A stretch of 24,678 bases of DNA from a virus (taxonomy: Duplodnaviria > Caudoviricetes): positions 1 to 24,678 of IMG/VR virus record IMGVR_UViG_3300025543_000203. One strand, given 5' to 3'. The translations under genes were made by a program, and so were the position numbers. How positions within the stretch are numbered: position 1 is the first letter of the stretch; each line of letters opens with the position of its first letter. The notes under the pieces were generated by a model. The model saw nothing but the letters and a program-made list of their open reading frames with translations. It was not told the DNA's origin and searched no databases. This document shows, piece by piece, positions 1-9,880 of the stretch.

Positions 1-3000
1 TACTTCTGGCGCTGTAACACTAAATGTTATTGGTGGCTCAGGCATCACTGCTAACGCTAACGACATTGCTGTTGATTCTAGTGTAATTAGAACTACAGGT
101 AATCAGTCGATGTCTGGGACTAAAACGTTCACAGGTCAGGTAAATGTAGACTACGGTTCACCGAAGTTCATAGTTGGAAGCACTTCTAACTTAGATACCA
201 CTGACTCGAATAGACCAAACATCACACTAAATGGTGGCATGTATCCACACATGACGATAGATGCCCGCGTAGATGGAAGCGGTAATGCCTCCACGAATAC
301 TGCCCACGGCCCAGTCTTTAGTTTTGTATCTCGTTTGGGTACATCAGGGTACCGCAGATGGGCAATGGGTACTGCTGCATATAATTCAGGTGCTTTAAGT
401 TGGGGGTATGCCGATAACAACGCCAATCCACATTATGGTATGGGTGGTAATACTGGTTATATCAGTACTGGTTCCTTGATGTGGTTAGCTACAACTGGAG
501 TACTTACTACAAAATCCCAAGGAAACTTATGGGGGGCAAGTAACGATGGTTCTGGTTCAGGATTAGATGCTGATCTATTAGATGGACAGCATGGTTCTTA
601 CTATGCACCTGCTAGTCACAACCATAGTGGCGTTTATTTACCTGTAAGTGGTAAGGCAGCTGACTCTGAGTTGTTAGACGGTATTGATTCTAGCCGTTTT
701 ATTTACGGAAGTGGTAATGTAGGGAAATCTACTTCGTCTAGCTCGTTCCAAGCGCAACCTTCTGGATTTTTCTTTTACTCCGCTGCCACGGGTGCTCCTA
801 CAGCCGAATGGTACAACTGGATAACGGCTAGGGGGAATAGCTGGGGTAACGGCGGCGAATATTCTTTCCAGTTAGCAAATAGTTTTTGGAATAAAAGGCT
901 ATATTTCCAACACGTACAAACAGGGGGTTATCAAGGCTGGGACGAGATTTGGACTTCAGCTACAGACGGCTCAGGCTCAGGTTTAGATGCTGATTTGTTG
1001 GATGGACAACAGGGTTCTTATTACTACAGTTCAGCTAACCCACCGCCAACTTATTCTAAATACCTAAGAAGTGATACTGCTGATACAGCTACGGGTAAAA
1101 TAACTTTTAATGCTGGCTTTGAGGGCAACTCAATATTTCTAAATGGTGCTCAAAACTTTGATGCGCTGAAAACTTCTGGTTTCTATAGTCTGTATAATGC
1201 CACTGCAACTGGGCATACTAATGCTCCTTTTCAGTATGGAGCAATGATTTCTGCCAATAATACGGCTGCGGGTGGTGGCATGGGCATGCAGTTAGCACAT
1301 GAACGAACAGGTGCCGGCACATTCATTAGAGGTATGAATGACAGTAGTGATACTTGGTACGCATGGCAGCGTATCTTTATGGACAACTACCACCCCAATG
1401 CTGATAAATGGACTACGCTTCGTACTCTCTTTTTAACCGGTGATGTAACTGGTAGTGTAAACTGGGATGGAAGCGGCAACGCAACTATGACCACTACCGT
1501 TGGTAATGATAGCCATAGTCACAGCAATTACCTACCTATTGCTGGCAAGGCTGCAGACTCTAATCTGTTAGATGGTATTGACTCCAACCGTGTTATATTT
1601 GGCACAAACACCTCAAAGGTATATCGGTGGGATGGTGACTGGAACACCATGTTTACGACGGTAAATACTGGATTTATCGATAATGCTAGTGGAACAAATG
1701 GAAACCCAGACGGCTTCACGCATCATCACGGATTCCAAGTTCGACATGACAATATGGGTAATCAATGGGGCTTCCAGTTCATGGGCTCCTACCACCCTTC
1801 ATACAAGAGCCTTTACCATAGAAGCGTAAACGCAGGCACTTGGTCTTCTTGGAAAGAGATATGGGACTCAGGCAACGACGGCTCTGGCTCTGGCTTAGAT
1901 GCTGATCTGCTTGATGGACAGCATGGTTCTTACTATGCTACTAATTCCTCGTTAGGCAATTACCTACCCTTAGCTGGCGGAAGAATGACGGGTATGTTTA
2001 ATTTAGATGACCAGAAGATACAGTTTGGATCTGGTGGTAATAGTGGCACTACCTTTGGTGCAAACCACTACTCAATGGGCGTTGATATTGCAAACGGTGG
2101 TTGGTCTGGCACTAACTATTCGGATTTAATTATCGGATATCACACTGGAGTACGCATTGGCGGTGGTTATTCTGGGGTTAGGTTCTATAACAACTCACCC
2201 ACTACCGATACAAATAACACTGGAAATGGTAATGGTGGGGAAGCTCTGCTGATGACTATCGGAGGGGGCGGGTCTAGCACAAGCGGCACTAATGTCACGG
2301 TTAACAATTCTCTTATTGTAGGTGGCGTTATTGATGCAAACGGTGGTCATGGCGGAATCAATATAACGAACTCGTCAATACTTTCATCTGCTACTTCTAC
2401 TTGGACAGGCAATCCTGGCGCAGCTGGTAAAATACAATACCACTCTAATAGATGGTATATTGTATCAGACTCATCCTCGAATAAGATCGTACAGTTCCGC
2501 AGAGACGGCAGTGATAAGTCTTACATTGACAACAACGGCGCTTTGATAGGTGGCGGAAATTGGTACAGCGGCAACGACGGCTCAGGCTCCGGTCTTGATG
2601 CTGATACTGTCGATGGTATTCAGGGGGCTTCATTCTTACGCTCTGATGCCGTTGATACCATCGGAGCTAGGTTAACGATGGGGCTGCAGCACGCTCTCGT
2701 ACCAGCGGATTATGGGATAGGCGTTACTGGTCTCTATTCTTCAACTCGTTATCAACACGTTTGGTCAATGGGTTCGGCTTATGGCACTAATTCAAGTGGT
2801 ACGTCATACGGCAACATGTATGGTCTTACTTACACCCACACAAACGTAGGTACTGGAACAAATCAAGCTATATCAGGTTTATCCCACCAGCTTCAGCATA
2901 GAACCAACGGAGTGCTTACAGCAGCAATTGGTAGTGGCATATGGACGTCTGGAAACGTTACAGCTTACTCAGACATTGCCGTTAAAACTAATCTTGTAAA

Positions 3001-3277
3001 AATACCGAACGCCCTTGAAAAGGTTTGCTCTATTAATGGTTATACCTATGAGAGAACGGATTACGTAAAAGATTTAGAAGATCCTGAAGCTCCAGATGTA
3101 TTAAGACAAGCTGGTGTAGTTGCTCAGGAAGTTGAAAAGATATTACCTGAAGTAGTTAGTGGTAAAGATGGTAATAAAGCAGTTGCTTATGGTAATATGG
3201 TTGCACTTATGATTGAAGCAATTAAAGAACTTAAAGACGAAGTTGATGAATTAAAGGCTCAACTGAAAAATAAATAG
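1..3277 (+). CDS. Long modular tail fibre with knob-like modules and a C-terminal peptidase S74 intramolecular chaperone (5'-truncated by the window edge)
   Basis: The frame is open from base 2 (TSGAVTLNVIGGSGITANANDIAVDSSVIRTTGNQSMSGTKTF), so ATG 110 is internal. The protein is G/S/N/T-rich with repeated NDGSGSGLDADLLDG spacers. The C-terminus SD-x-x-VK-x-N...AGVVAQEVEKILPEVV...YGNMVALMIEAIKEL plus coiled coil is the S74 chaperone pattern. Confidence 0.9.
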   Translation, partial: TSGAVTLNVIGGSGITANANDIAVDSSVIRTTGNQSMSGTKTFTGQVNVDYGSPKFIVGSTSNLDTTDSNRPNITLNGGMYPHMTIDARVDGSGNASTNTAHGPVFSFVSRLGTSGYRRWAMGTAAYNSGALSWGYADNNANPHYGMGGNTGYISTGSLMWLATTGVLTTKSQGNLWGASNDGSGSGLDADLLDGQHGSYYAPASHNHSGVYLPVSGKAADSELLDGIDSSRFIYGSGNVGKSTSSSSFQAQPSGFFFYSAATGAPTAEWYNWITARGNSWGNGGEYSFQLANSFWNKRLYFQHVQTGGYQGWDEIWTSATDGSGSGLDADLLDGQQGSYYYSSANPPPTYSKYLRSDTADTATGKITFNAGFEGNSIFLNGAQNFDALKTSGFYSLYNATATGHTNAPFQYGAMISANNTAAGGGMGMQLAHERTGAGTFIRGMNDSSDTWYAWQRIFMDNYHPNADKWTTLRTLFLTGDVTGSVNWDGSGNATMTTTVGNDSHSHSNYLPIAGKAADSNLLDGIDSNRVIFGTNTSKVYRWDGDWNTMFTTVNTGFIDNASGTNGNPDGFTHHHGFQVRHDNMGNQWGFQFMGSYHPSYKSLYHRSVNAGTWSSWKEIWDSGNDGSGSGLDADLLDGQHGSYYATNSSLGNYLPLAGGRMTGMFNLDDQKIQFGSGGNSGTTFGANHYSMGVDIANGGWSGTNYSDLIIGYHTGVRIGGGYSGVRFYNNSPTTDTNNTGNGNGGEALLMTIGGGGSSTSGTNVTVNNSLIVGGVIDANGGHGGINITNSSILSSATSTWTGNPGAAGKIQYHSNRWYIVSDSSSNKIVQFRRDGSDKSYIDNNGALIGGGNWYSGNDGSGSGLDADTVDGIQGASFLRSDAVDTIGARLTMGLQHALVPADYGIGVTGLYSSTRYQHVWSMGSAYGTNSSGTSYGNMYGLTYTHTNVGTGTNQAISGLSHQLQHRTNGVLTAAIGSGIWTSGNVTAYSDIAVKTNLVKIPNALEKVCSINGYTYERTDYVKDLEDPEAPDVLRQAGVVAQEVEKILPEVVSGKDGNKAVAYGNMVALMIEAIKELKDEVDELKAQLKNK
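542..2626 (+). repeat. Four dispersed copies of a coding repeat (N/T)DGSGSGLDAD(L/T)(L/V)DGxxG inside the tail fibre
   Basis: Copies lie at about 542-604, 962-1024, 1874-1936 and 2573-2626. A second family, YLP(V/I)xGKAADSxLLDGIDSxR, lies at about 635-697 and 1529-1591. Confidence 0.9.
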
Positions 3278-3278
3278 A

Positions 3279-3286
3279 TATAAATA
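3279..3286 (+). promoter_or_regulatory. T4-type late promoter (TATAAATA)
   Basis: Exact gp55 consensus in intergenic DNA upstream of 3335 and the gp13-17 cluster. Confidence 0.8.
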
Positions 3287-3334
3287 GATATAGAGTTATT
3301 AACTCAAACTTAAAATTTAAACCAGGAGATAAAA

Positions 3335-3610
3335 ATGTCAGTAACATATGAATTATTAGAAGAATTTACAGGAACACGAGCAAGCGAAATGCCTGATCCA
3401 GATAATGAAGGCGAGACCATAACATCAACTGTTGATGTTAAAGATATTCAAGTTAGATTTACTTGTTCAGATACCAGCTGTACTCATGAGCGTTCTGTTA
3501 ACGTATGCTATGATGCTGAAGGTGCTTATGACGCAGATGCTACTGCTGTACGTATTGGTGAAGTTGGTGCAGGTGTTAGTCACAAAATCGCAGTTGGTGT
3601 AATTAGCTAA
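3335..3610 (+). CDS. Small acidic hypothetical protein (91 aa), possibly virion- or fibre-associated
   Basis: AGGAG RBS and late promoter upstream, typical phage codon usage, located between the fibre and gp13. No family recognised. Confidence 0.7.
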   Translation: MSVTYELLEEFTGTRASEMPDPDNEGETITSTVDVKDIQVRFTCSDTSCTHERSVNVCYDAEGAYDADATAVRIGEVGAGVSHKIAVGVIS

Positions 3611-3625
3611 TCAAGGAATTTAAAA

Positions 3626-4375
3626 ATGGCAAAGCCTAATTCAAGACAAACATTAATAGAATACTGCTTAAGATCTTTAGGTGCGCCTGTTGTTGAGATT
3701 AATGTTGACGACGATCAGGTTGAAGATAGAGTTGATGAAGCTTTACAGTTCTATCAACATTATCATGCCGATTCCATTGAAAAAGTATTTTTAAAGCACC
3801 CAGTAACAGCTGATGATATCACAAATGGTTATTTAACTATACCTGATCTGGTAACTGACGTTGTTAGAATATTTCCATTAAGAGATAGAAATAGTTCTGA
3901 TAATATGTTTGATGTTAAATATCAAATGCATCTAAACGATATGTATGCTCTTGGTTATATGGGTTCATTGGTTGAATACGAAATGTCTCAACAATGGTTA
4001 TCTCTTTTAGATATGATTATGGATTCTGATAATAAACATCTTAGCTGGGATAGACATAAAAACCAATTAAGAATTGATATGGACTGGTCTAAAGAAATAA
4101 TAGTTGGCGATTATATTATTGTTGAATGCTATAGAATATTAGATCCAGAAACTTACACCGATGTGTATAATGACTACTTTTTAAAGCGATATGTGACAGC
4201 TTTAATTAAACAACAGTGGGGTGTTAACCTATCTAAATTTGAAGGTATGGTAATGCCAGGTGGAGTAACCTTTAATGGCCGTCAAATTTTAGAAGATGCC
4301 AAAGAAGAAATCGAAAAATTAAATGAAGAAGTCAGATTAAACTGGGAACAACCAGTCGACTTCTATACGGGGTAA
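3626..4375 (+). CDS. gp13: Neck protein gp13
   Basis: N-terminal LIEYCLRSLGAPVVEINV and C-terminal QWGVNLSKFEGMVMPGGVTFNG motifs; T4 synteny. Confidence 0.93.
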   Translation: MAKPNSRQTLIEYCLRSLGAPVVEINVDDDQVEDRVDEALQFYQHYHADSIEKVFLKHPVTADDITNGYLTIPDLVTDVVRIFPLRDRNSSDNMFDVKYQMHLNDMYALGYMGSLVEYEMSQQWLSLLDMIMDSDNKHLSWDRHKNQLRIDMDWSKEIIVGDYIIVECYRILDPETYTDVYNDYFLKRYVTALIKQQWGVNLSKFEGMVMPGGVTFNGRQILEDAKEEIEKLNEEVRLNWEQPVDFYTG

Positions 4376-4378
4376 TAA

Positions 4379-5308
4379 ATGCCTAGAAGTGTATATTTCT
4401 CGCAGTCAGTGGCATCAGAGCAGTCAGTCTACGAAGATCTAATAATAGAATCTCTTAAAATATATGGACAAGACGTCTATTATATTCCAAGAACTATGGT
4501 TGATAGAGATACAATCTTAGGTGAAGATAAAGCTTCTAAATTTGATGATGCATATATGATTGAAGCTTACATCGAAAATCCTGAAGGATTCGATGGGGCT
4601 GGTGATCTATACCAAAAGTTTGGTCTTGAAATAAGAGATGAAGCTACGTTTATTGTTGCTCGTAAACAATGGAATAACTTAGTTGGTATATGGAATAACG
4701 ATGTACAATCAGAAAGGCCCACAGAAGGAGATCTTATATATCTCCCAATGACTAATAAGTTTTTCGAAATATCGTTTGTTGAACATGAGCAACCATTTTA
4801 TCAATTATCTAAATTACCGGTTTATAAACTTAATTGTAGTCTCTTTGAATACAACGATGAAGATTTTAATACTGGTGTTGATTCAATTGATGTTACAGAA
4901 ATTAAGAATGCATATCAAGTTCCAATTAGAGTAAGTTTAACTGATGGTAATCACTTTGAGCTTGGTGAAATTGTAACTCAAGTAATTACAACTGATCCTG
5001 CTGTAAGCGTGTATGGAACTATACAGACTTTAACTAAGACTTCGGACCTTTTAGCAACTATTAGCGTATCTAATATTGGCGTAACTGGATCAACTGAAGC
5101 TAAAGACTTTATTATATCTCCTACGCTCGGTTTGACCGGAAGTAAATCTACAAACACATGTTTTATTACATCAATAGACGATGTTGCTGATAATACATCG
5201 TTCCCAAGTGATGGTGGAGCAAGCAATAATGCATTTGAAGTAAATGCTGATGGATTTTTAGACTTTTCTGAAAATAATCCATTCGGTGATCCATCGGAGA
5301 CATACTAA
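4379..5308 (+). CDS. gp14: Neck protein gp14 (head closure)
   Basis: LIIESLKIYGQDVYYIPR, KFGLEIRDE, P-x-EGDLIY, FEISFVEHEQPFYQL and terminal DFSENNPFG motifs. Confidence 0.93.
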   Translation: MPRSVYFSQSVASEQSVYEDLIIESLKIYGQDVYYIPRTMVDRDTILGEDKASKFDDAYMIEAYIENPEGFDGAGDLYQKFGLEIRDEATFIVARKQWNNLVGIWNNDVQSERPTEGDLIYLPMTNKFFEISFVEHEQPFYQLSKLPVYKLNCSLFEYNDEDFNTGVDSIDVTEIKNAYQVPIRVSLTDGNHFELGEIVTQVITTDPAVSVYGTIQTLTKTSDLLATISVSNIGVTGSTEAKDFIISPTLGLTGSKSTNTCFITSIDDVADNTSFPSDGGASNNAFEVNADGFLDFSENNPFGDPSETY

Positions 5309-6054
5309 TGTTTGGTAATCATTTTTATCATGCAACTATGCGAAAAGCTGTTGCAGTTTTTGGAACTTTGTTTAATGATATTAGTGTTATTAGACAGGAT
5401 GGTAGTGGTAATGTCCTTAACCAAGTCAAAGTTCCTTTAGCATATGGACCTAAACAAAAGTTCTTAGCTAGATTAGATCAAAATACTAATAGTGATGCTT
5501 CTATGGCTATTAAACTACCTAGGATGGCTTTTGAAATTACGTCCTTAGATATAGATTCAGCACAAAAACTTGGTAAAAGAAATGTTATTAGCGAGAATCA
5601 TGCTACTGATTCTACTAAAAAGAAAACGTTAAAACAACAAGTCGCATATAATATTAATATGACTTTACATATTTTAGCAAAGAATCAAGATGATGGACTA
5701 CAAATTGTAGAACAGATTCTACCATATTTTCAGCCAGAATACACTATTACAATACGACCTGTAGATGGATTTCAATATAAACAAGATGTTCCAATTGTAT
5801 TAACTAGTGTTACTATAAACGACGATTATGAAGGTGATTTTCAAACTAGAAGAGTTTTAGCTTATCAATTAGATTTCACAATGAAAATGAAGTTTTTTGG
5901 TCCTACGTCCAATCAAGGTATTATCAGAGAAGTTAATTTTGATTTTAACTCAGATATTGGTGGCGCAAATGTATTAGAAAATATGGACTTTACTATAACT
6001 CCAGCTGATGCTGATGAGGATGATAACTATACTGTTAACGTAAGTATAACATAG
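5308..6054 (+). CDS. gp15: Tail sheath stabiliser / tail terminator gp15
   Basis: HFYH...FGTLFN, KVPLAYGPKQKFLARL, LPRMAFEI and QIVEQILPYFQP motifs. Confidence 0.93.
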   Translation: MFGNHFYHATMRKAVAVFGTLFNDISVIRQDGSGNVLNQVKVPLAYGPKQKFLARLDQNTNSDASMAIKLPRMAFEITSLDIDSAQKLGKRNVISENHATDSTKKKTLKQQVAYNINMTLHILAKNQDDGLQIVEQILPYFQPEYTITIRPVDGFQYKQDVPIVLTSVTINDDYEGDFQTRRVLAYQLDFTMKMKFFGPTSNQGIIREVNFDFNSDIGGANVLENMDFTITPADADEDDNYTVNVSIT

Positions 6055-6061
6055 GTACATT

Positions 6062-6496
6062 ATGAATAAATTAGATAAGATGCAGGCTAGCCTGAATAAA
6101 AACTTGCCAGAGAAAAAAGAAAAGAACCCTCCCATGGTCTTGACTAAAGATCAAACAGAAATCAAAGATGATTACGAGTATTCAAGAAAAACATACAAAG
6201 ATCTTATTGATACTGGAGTAAAATCTCTAGATGTTCTTGCTGAACTTGCAAGAGAATCAGAACATCCAAGAGCATTTGAGGTATTATCTAAAGCTATAAA
6301 AGATATTGGTGATGTTACTGATAAGCTTATGACACTTCAGAAAAATAAACAAGATTTATCTGGAGAAACTCCCAACAAGAAACCTGTTACTAATAATAAC
6401 TTGTTTGTTGGTAGTACAACTGATCTACAAAGATTGTTTGCTCAAGCTGATAAAGAAGCGAAGGAAAAGGTTATAGATGTCTCGCCCAAAGAATGA
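6062..6496 (+). CDS. gp16: Terminase small subunit gp16
   Basis: DDYEYSR, ESEHPRAFEV and NNNLFVGSTTDLQ motifs; overlaps the start of gp17. Confidence 0.93.
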   Translation: MNKLDKMQASLNKNLPEKKEKNPPMVLTKDQTEIKDDYEYSRKTYKDLIDTGVKSLDVLAELARESEHPRAFEVLSKAIKDIGDVTDKLMTLQKNKQDLSGETPNKKPVTNNNLFVGSTTDLQRLFAQADKEAKEKVIDVSPKE

Positions 6497-8099
6497 TGAA
6501 GGCTATATGGGCAATCCCAACGTTAAACGGGATGGCGTAGAAGCAGAATTTAGCGAAGCAGAAATTAAAGAATACAGAAAATGTATGATGGATCCTGCGT
6601 ATTTTGCTAGAACATATTTAAAGGTTATATCATTAGATGAAGGTTTAGTACCATTCAATCTGTATGACTATCAAGCAAATATGTTTAATCACTTTAATGA
6701 TAATAGATTTTCTATTGTTTTAGCATGTCGACAATCTGGTAAATCTATTGCTGCTGTTGGTTATTTACTTTGGTATGCGTGTTTTCATTCCGAAAAAACT
6801 ATTGCTATATTAGCAAACAAGGGTGCTACAGCTAGAGAAATGCTAGCTCGTGTTACTCTTATGTTAGAGAACCTACCCTTCTTTTTACAACCTGGATGTA
6901 AAGCGTTAAATAAAGGTTCTATTGAATTTTCAAATAACTCAAAACTTATTGCTTCTGCAACTTCTGGTAGTTCTATTCGTGGTTTATCTATTAACTTATT
7001 GTTCTTAGACGAGTTTGCTTTTGTTGAAAACGATGCACAGTTCTATACATCAACGTATCCTGTAGTTTCATCTGGTAAAGATACAAAGGTTATTATCACC
7101 TCAACAGCTAATGGTATTGGTAATGTTTATCATAGAATCTGGGAAGGTGCCACTACATATACGAATGAGTATAAGGCGTTTAGAGTAGATTGGTGGGATG
7201 TTCCAGGAAGAGATGAAGCTTGGAAAGCACAAACAATTGCTAACACTTCTGAATTACAGTTTGATCAAGAATTTGGCAATAACTTCCATGGGCGTGGTAA
7301 TACATTAATAGATGCTGGAGATCTTTTAGCACAAAAATCTCAAAGACCTATGACATTTAATGAAAATCTATTTATGTATGAGAAGCCAAAAGATGAACAT
7401 CACTATGTAATGACTGTCGATGTTGCTAAGGGCCGTGGACAAGATTACAGTACATTTAACATTATAGATACATCAGTAGAACCATTTAAGCAGGTTTGCG
7501 TATTTAGAGATAATAACATATCACCTATGCTATTGCCAGATATCTGTTATAAGTATGCTATGTTATATAATGAAGCATATATAATCGTTGAATCAAATGA
7601 TCAAGGCGCTGTTGTTTGTAATGGATTATATTATGATTTAGAATATGAAAATATGTTTGTAGAATCACAAGTAAAAGCTAATTCGATTGGTGCTACTATG
7701 ACTCGAAGAGTGAAAAGGATTGGATGTTCAACACTCAAAGATTTAATTGGCCAAAAGAAATTACATATTATTGATGCTGAGACTATTGGTGAAATGTGTA
7801 CATTCGTTGCTCGTGGTAACTCATACGAAGCGCAAGCTCCTAATCATGATGATTTAATGATGAACTTAGTACTTTTTGCTTGGTTTACTTCAACAGATAT
7901 ATTCCAAGGATTAACAAATATTGATATGAAAAACTTATTATATCGTGAGCAGTTAAAAGCTATCCAAGATGATATGTTACCCTTTGGTATTATTAGCGAT
8001 GGTAGTGACCATCACGCGCAAGGCGTTGGAGACGGAGAAGGTAATGTTTGGTTTGAAGCTGAATATGAACGAGATCCACTTAATAGACGTTTAGTATAG
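6477..8099 (+). CDS. gp17: Terminase large subunit gp17
   Basis: YMGNPNVK, Walker A RQSGKS, Walker B LFLDEFAF, coupling motif ITST, and nuclease motifs DVAKGRGQDYS and HDDLMM. Confidence 0.97.
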   Translation: MSRPKNDEGYMGNPNVKRDGVEAEFSEAEIKEYRKCMMDPAYFARTYLKVISLDEGLVPFNLYDYQANMFNHFNDNRFSIVLACRQSGKSIAAVGYLLWYACFHSEKTIAILANKGATAREMLARVTLMLENLPFFLQPGCKALNKGSIEFSNNSKLIASATSGSSIRGLSINLLFLDEFAFVENDAQFYTSTYPVVSSGKDTKVIITSTANGIGNVYHRIWEGATTYTNEYKAFRVDWWDVPGRDEAWKAQTIANTSELQFDQEFGNNFHGRGNTLIDAGDLLAQKSQRPMTFNENLFMYEKPKDEHHYVMTVDVAKGRGQDYSTFNIIDTSVEPFKQVCVFRDNNISPMLLPDICYKYAMLYNEAYIIVESNDQGAVVCNGLYYDLEYENMFVESQVKANSIGATMTRRVKRIGCSTLKDLIGQKKLHIIDAETIGEMCTFVARGNSYEAQAPNHDDLMMNLVLFAWFTSTDIFQGLTNIDMKNLLYREQLKAIQDDMLPFGIISDGSDHHAQGVGDGEGNVWFEAEYERDPLNRRLV

Positions 8100-8122
8100 A
8101 CTAACCTTAGAATACTTATTTA

Positions 8123-8171
8123 TATAAATAATACTGATTGAATATAACCGCATTATGAAAACTTATAAATA
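8123..8171 (+). promoter_or_regulatory. Two tandem late promoters upstream of gp18
   Basis: TATAAATA at 8123-8130 and 8164-8171. Confidence 0.8.
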
Positions 8172-8195
8172 AACTCAATTTGAGAGGACACAACA

Positions 8196-9866
8196 ATGGC
8201 ATTTCAAGTATCACCAGGCGTCCAAGTCAAGGAAATTGACGCATCGGGCGTAATACCTGCAGTATCAACCAGTATTGGTGGATTCGCAGGGTCTTTTAAT
8301 TGGGGTCCAGTCGAAGAAGTTCGCACGGTTAGTTCAGAAACAGAATTAGCTAGCATCTTTGGAACACCAGATTCCGATACATTTAAGTACTTTTTAACAG
8401 CAGCATCATTCCTAAAGTATGGTAACGCTCTTAAAGTAGTACGAGTAGCATCGGGTCACTTGAACGCGACCGACGGTACTGCTAAACTAGTAAAAAACGA
8501 AGATCATTATGATTCTTTAACTCATGATGGTAGCTTTATTGCTAAGTATCCAGGTAAACTGGGTAACTCGCTTAAAGTAACAATATGTCCTGCCAATGCT
8601 ACTGCATGGGCTGCTTTTAATGAAGCTGGAAGCTTTGATAGCATTCCAGGAACATCCGATGGAGCTGCTCTTTTAGGACATTCAAACGATGAATTACACA
8701 TTGCTGTTGTCGATACTGATGGTACATGGAGTGGTACTGCAGGTACTGTTTTGGAAGCATTCCAATTCGTATCTCAAGCTTCAGATGCTAAAAAATCAGA
8801 CGGCCAGAGCAATTATTATAAAGAAGTAATTAATAGAACATCAAAGTATGTTTATTGGACAGGTCATCCCGCAACACTAACTGATGCTGGTGAATCTTTT
8901 GCTGGTCAAGCTTCAGCTACAGTTTATGTAACTGGAACTGCTGCTATTGAATCTGCAATGGCTGGTGGTACTGATGATAATACACCAACAACTGGCGAAA
9001 TTGGTAATGGATTTGATCTATTAGCTGATGCTGAAACGATTGATGTCAACCTATTGTTTGCATATCCTGATGTTAATGGCGCTAAAGAGATTGCTGATAA
9101 GCTTATTAATATCTGTAATACTAGAAAAGACTGTATGGCATTTGTATCTCCTCCAATCGATGACTCAGTTGGAACCGATACTCCTGCTGCTGATGTTAAA
9201 GAATGGGCTGATACTCTTGCTTCAACTTCATACGCTGCTACTGATTCTGGCGCTGTATACGTATACGATAAGTATAATGATGTATACCGTTGGTTAGGAG
9301 CTTCTGGTCTTTGTGCTGGTCTTTGCGCCAACACAGACGATGTTGCTGATGCTTGGTTCTCTCCAGCTGGTGTTAATAGAGGTCAACTTTTCGGAGTTAC
9401 TAAACTAGCGTACAATCCTAAGAAAGCCGATAGAGATACTCTCTATAAAGCAAGAGTTAATCCTCTCGTTTCTTTCCCTGGACAAGGTACAATGCTATTT
9501 GGTGATAAGACACTATTAAGCAAGCCTAGTGCATTTGATAGAATTAATGTACGAAGACTGTTTATCGTATTGGAAAAAGCAGTTGCTACTGCAGCTAAAG
9601 CTCAACTCTTTGAATTCAATGACGAATTTACAAGAGCTCAGTTTAGAAATATGCTTGAACCATTTATGAGAGACGTTAAAGGTAGACGTGGTATGACAGA
9701 CTTTAGAGTCATTTGTGATACTACAAATAACACTGGTCAAGTAATTGATGCTAATCGATTTGTTGCTGATATCTTTATCAAGCCTTCAAGATCTATTAAC
9801 TTCATAACACTTAACTTTATTGCAACACGAACCGGAGTTGATTTCTCAGAAATCGCCGGTAGTTAA
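8196..9866 (+). CDS. gp18: Contractile tail sheath protein gp18
   Basis: SPGVQVKEID, FNWGP, WFSPAGVNRG, FDRINVRRLF, FEFNDEFTR and IKPSRSINFITLNF motifs. Confidence 0.97.
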   Translation: MAFQVSPGVQVKEIDASGVIPAVSTSIGGFAGSFNWGPVEEVRTVSSETELASIFGTPDSDTFKYFLTAASFLKYGNALKVVRVASGHLNATDGTAKLVKNEDHYDSLTHDGSFIAKYPGKLGNSLKVTICPANATAWAAFNEAGSFDSIPGTSDGAALLGHSNDELHIAVVDTDGTWSGTAGTVLEAFQFVSQASDAKKSDGQSNYYKEVINRTSKYVYWTGHPATLTDAGESFAGQASATVYVTGTAAIESAMAGGTDDNTPTTGEIGNGFDLLADAETIDVNLLFAYPDVNGAKEIADKLINICNTRKDCMAFVSPPIDDSVGTDTPAADVKEWADTLASTSYAATDSGAVYVYDKYNDVYRWLGASGLCAGLCANTDDVADAWFSPAGVNRGQLFGVTKLAYNPKKADRDTLYKARVNPLVSFPGQGTMLFGDKTLLSKPSAFDRINVRRLFIVLEKAVATAAKAQLFEFNDEFTRAQFRNMLEPFMRDVKGRRGMTDFRVICDTTNNTGQVIDANRFVADIFIKPSRSINFITLNFIATRTGVDFSEIAGS

Positions 9867-9880
9867 TTAGGAGAAGAAAA

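Noticed and set aside
110-112. ATG 110 as the tail fibre start
   Set aside because: The frame is open back to the window edge with fibre-like sequence and no RBS, so the true start is upstream.
542-2626. Fibre repeats as a CRISPR array or a DGR template/variable repeat pair
   Set aside because: They are in-frame, irregularly spaced and differ at synonymous sites rather than specifically at adenines. No reverse transcriptase or cas gene is present in the window.
6477-8099. Intein or intron in terminase, portal, capsid or helicase genes
   Set aside because: All are continuous and of ordinary length, with no splicing or homing endonuclease motifs seen.
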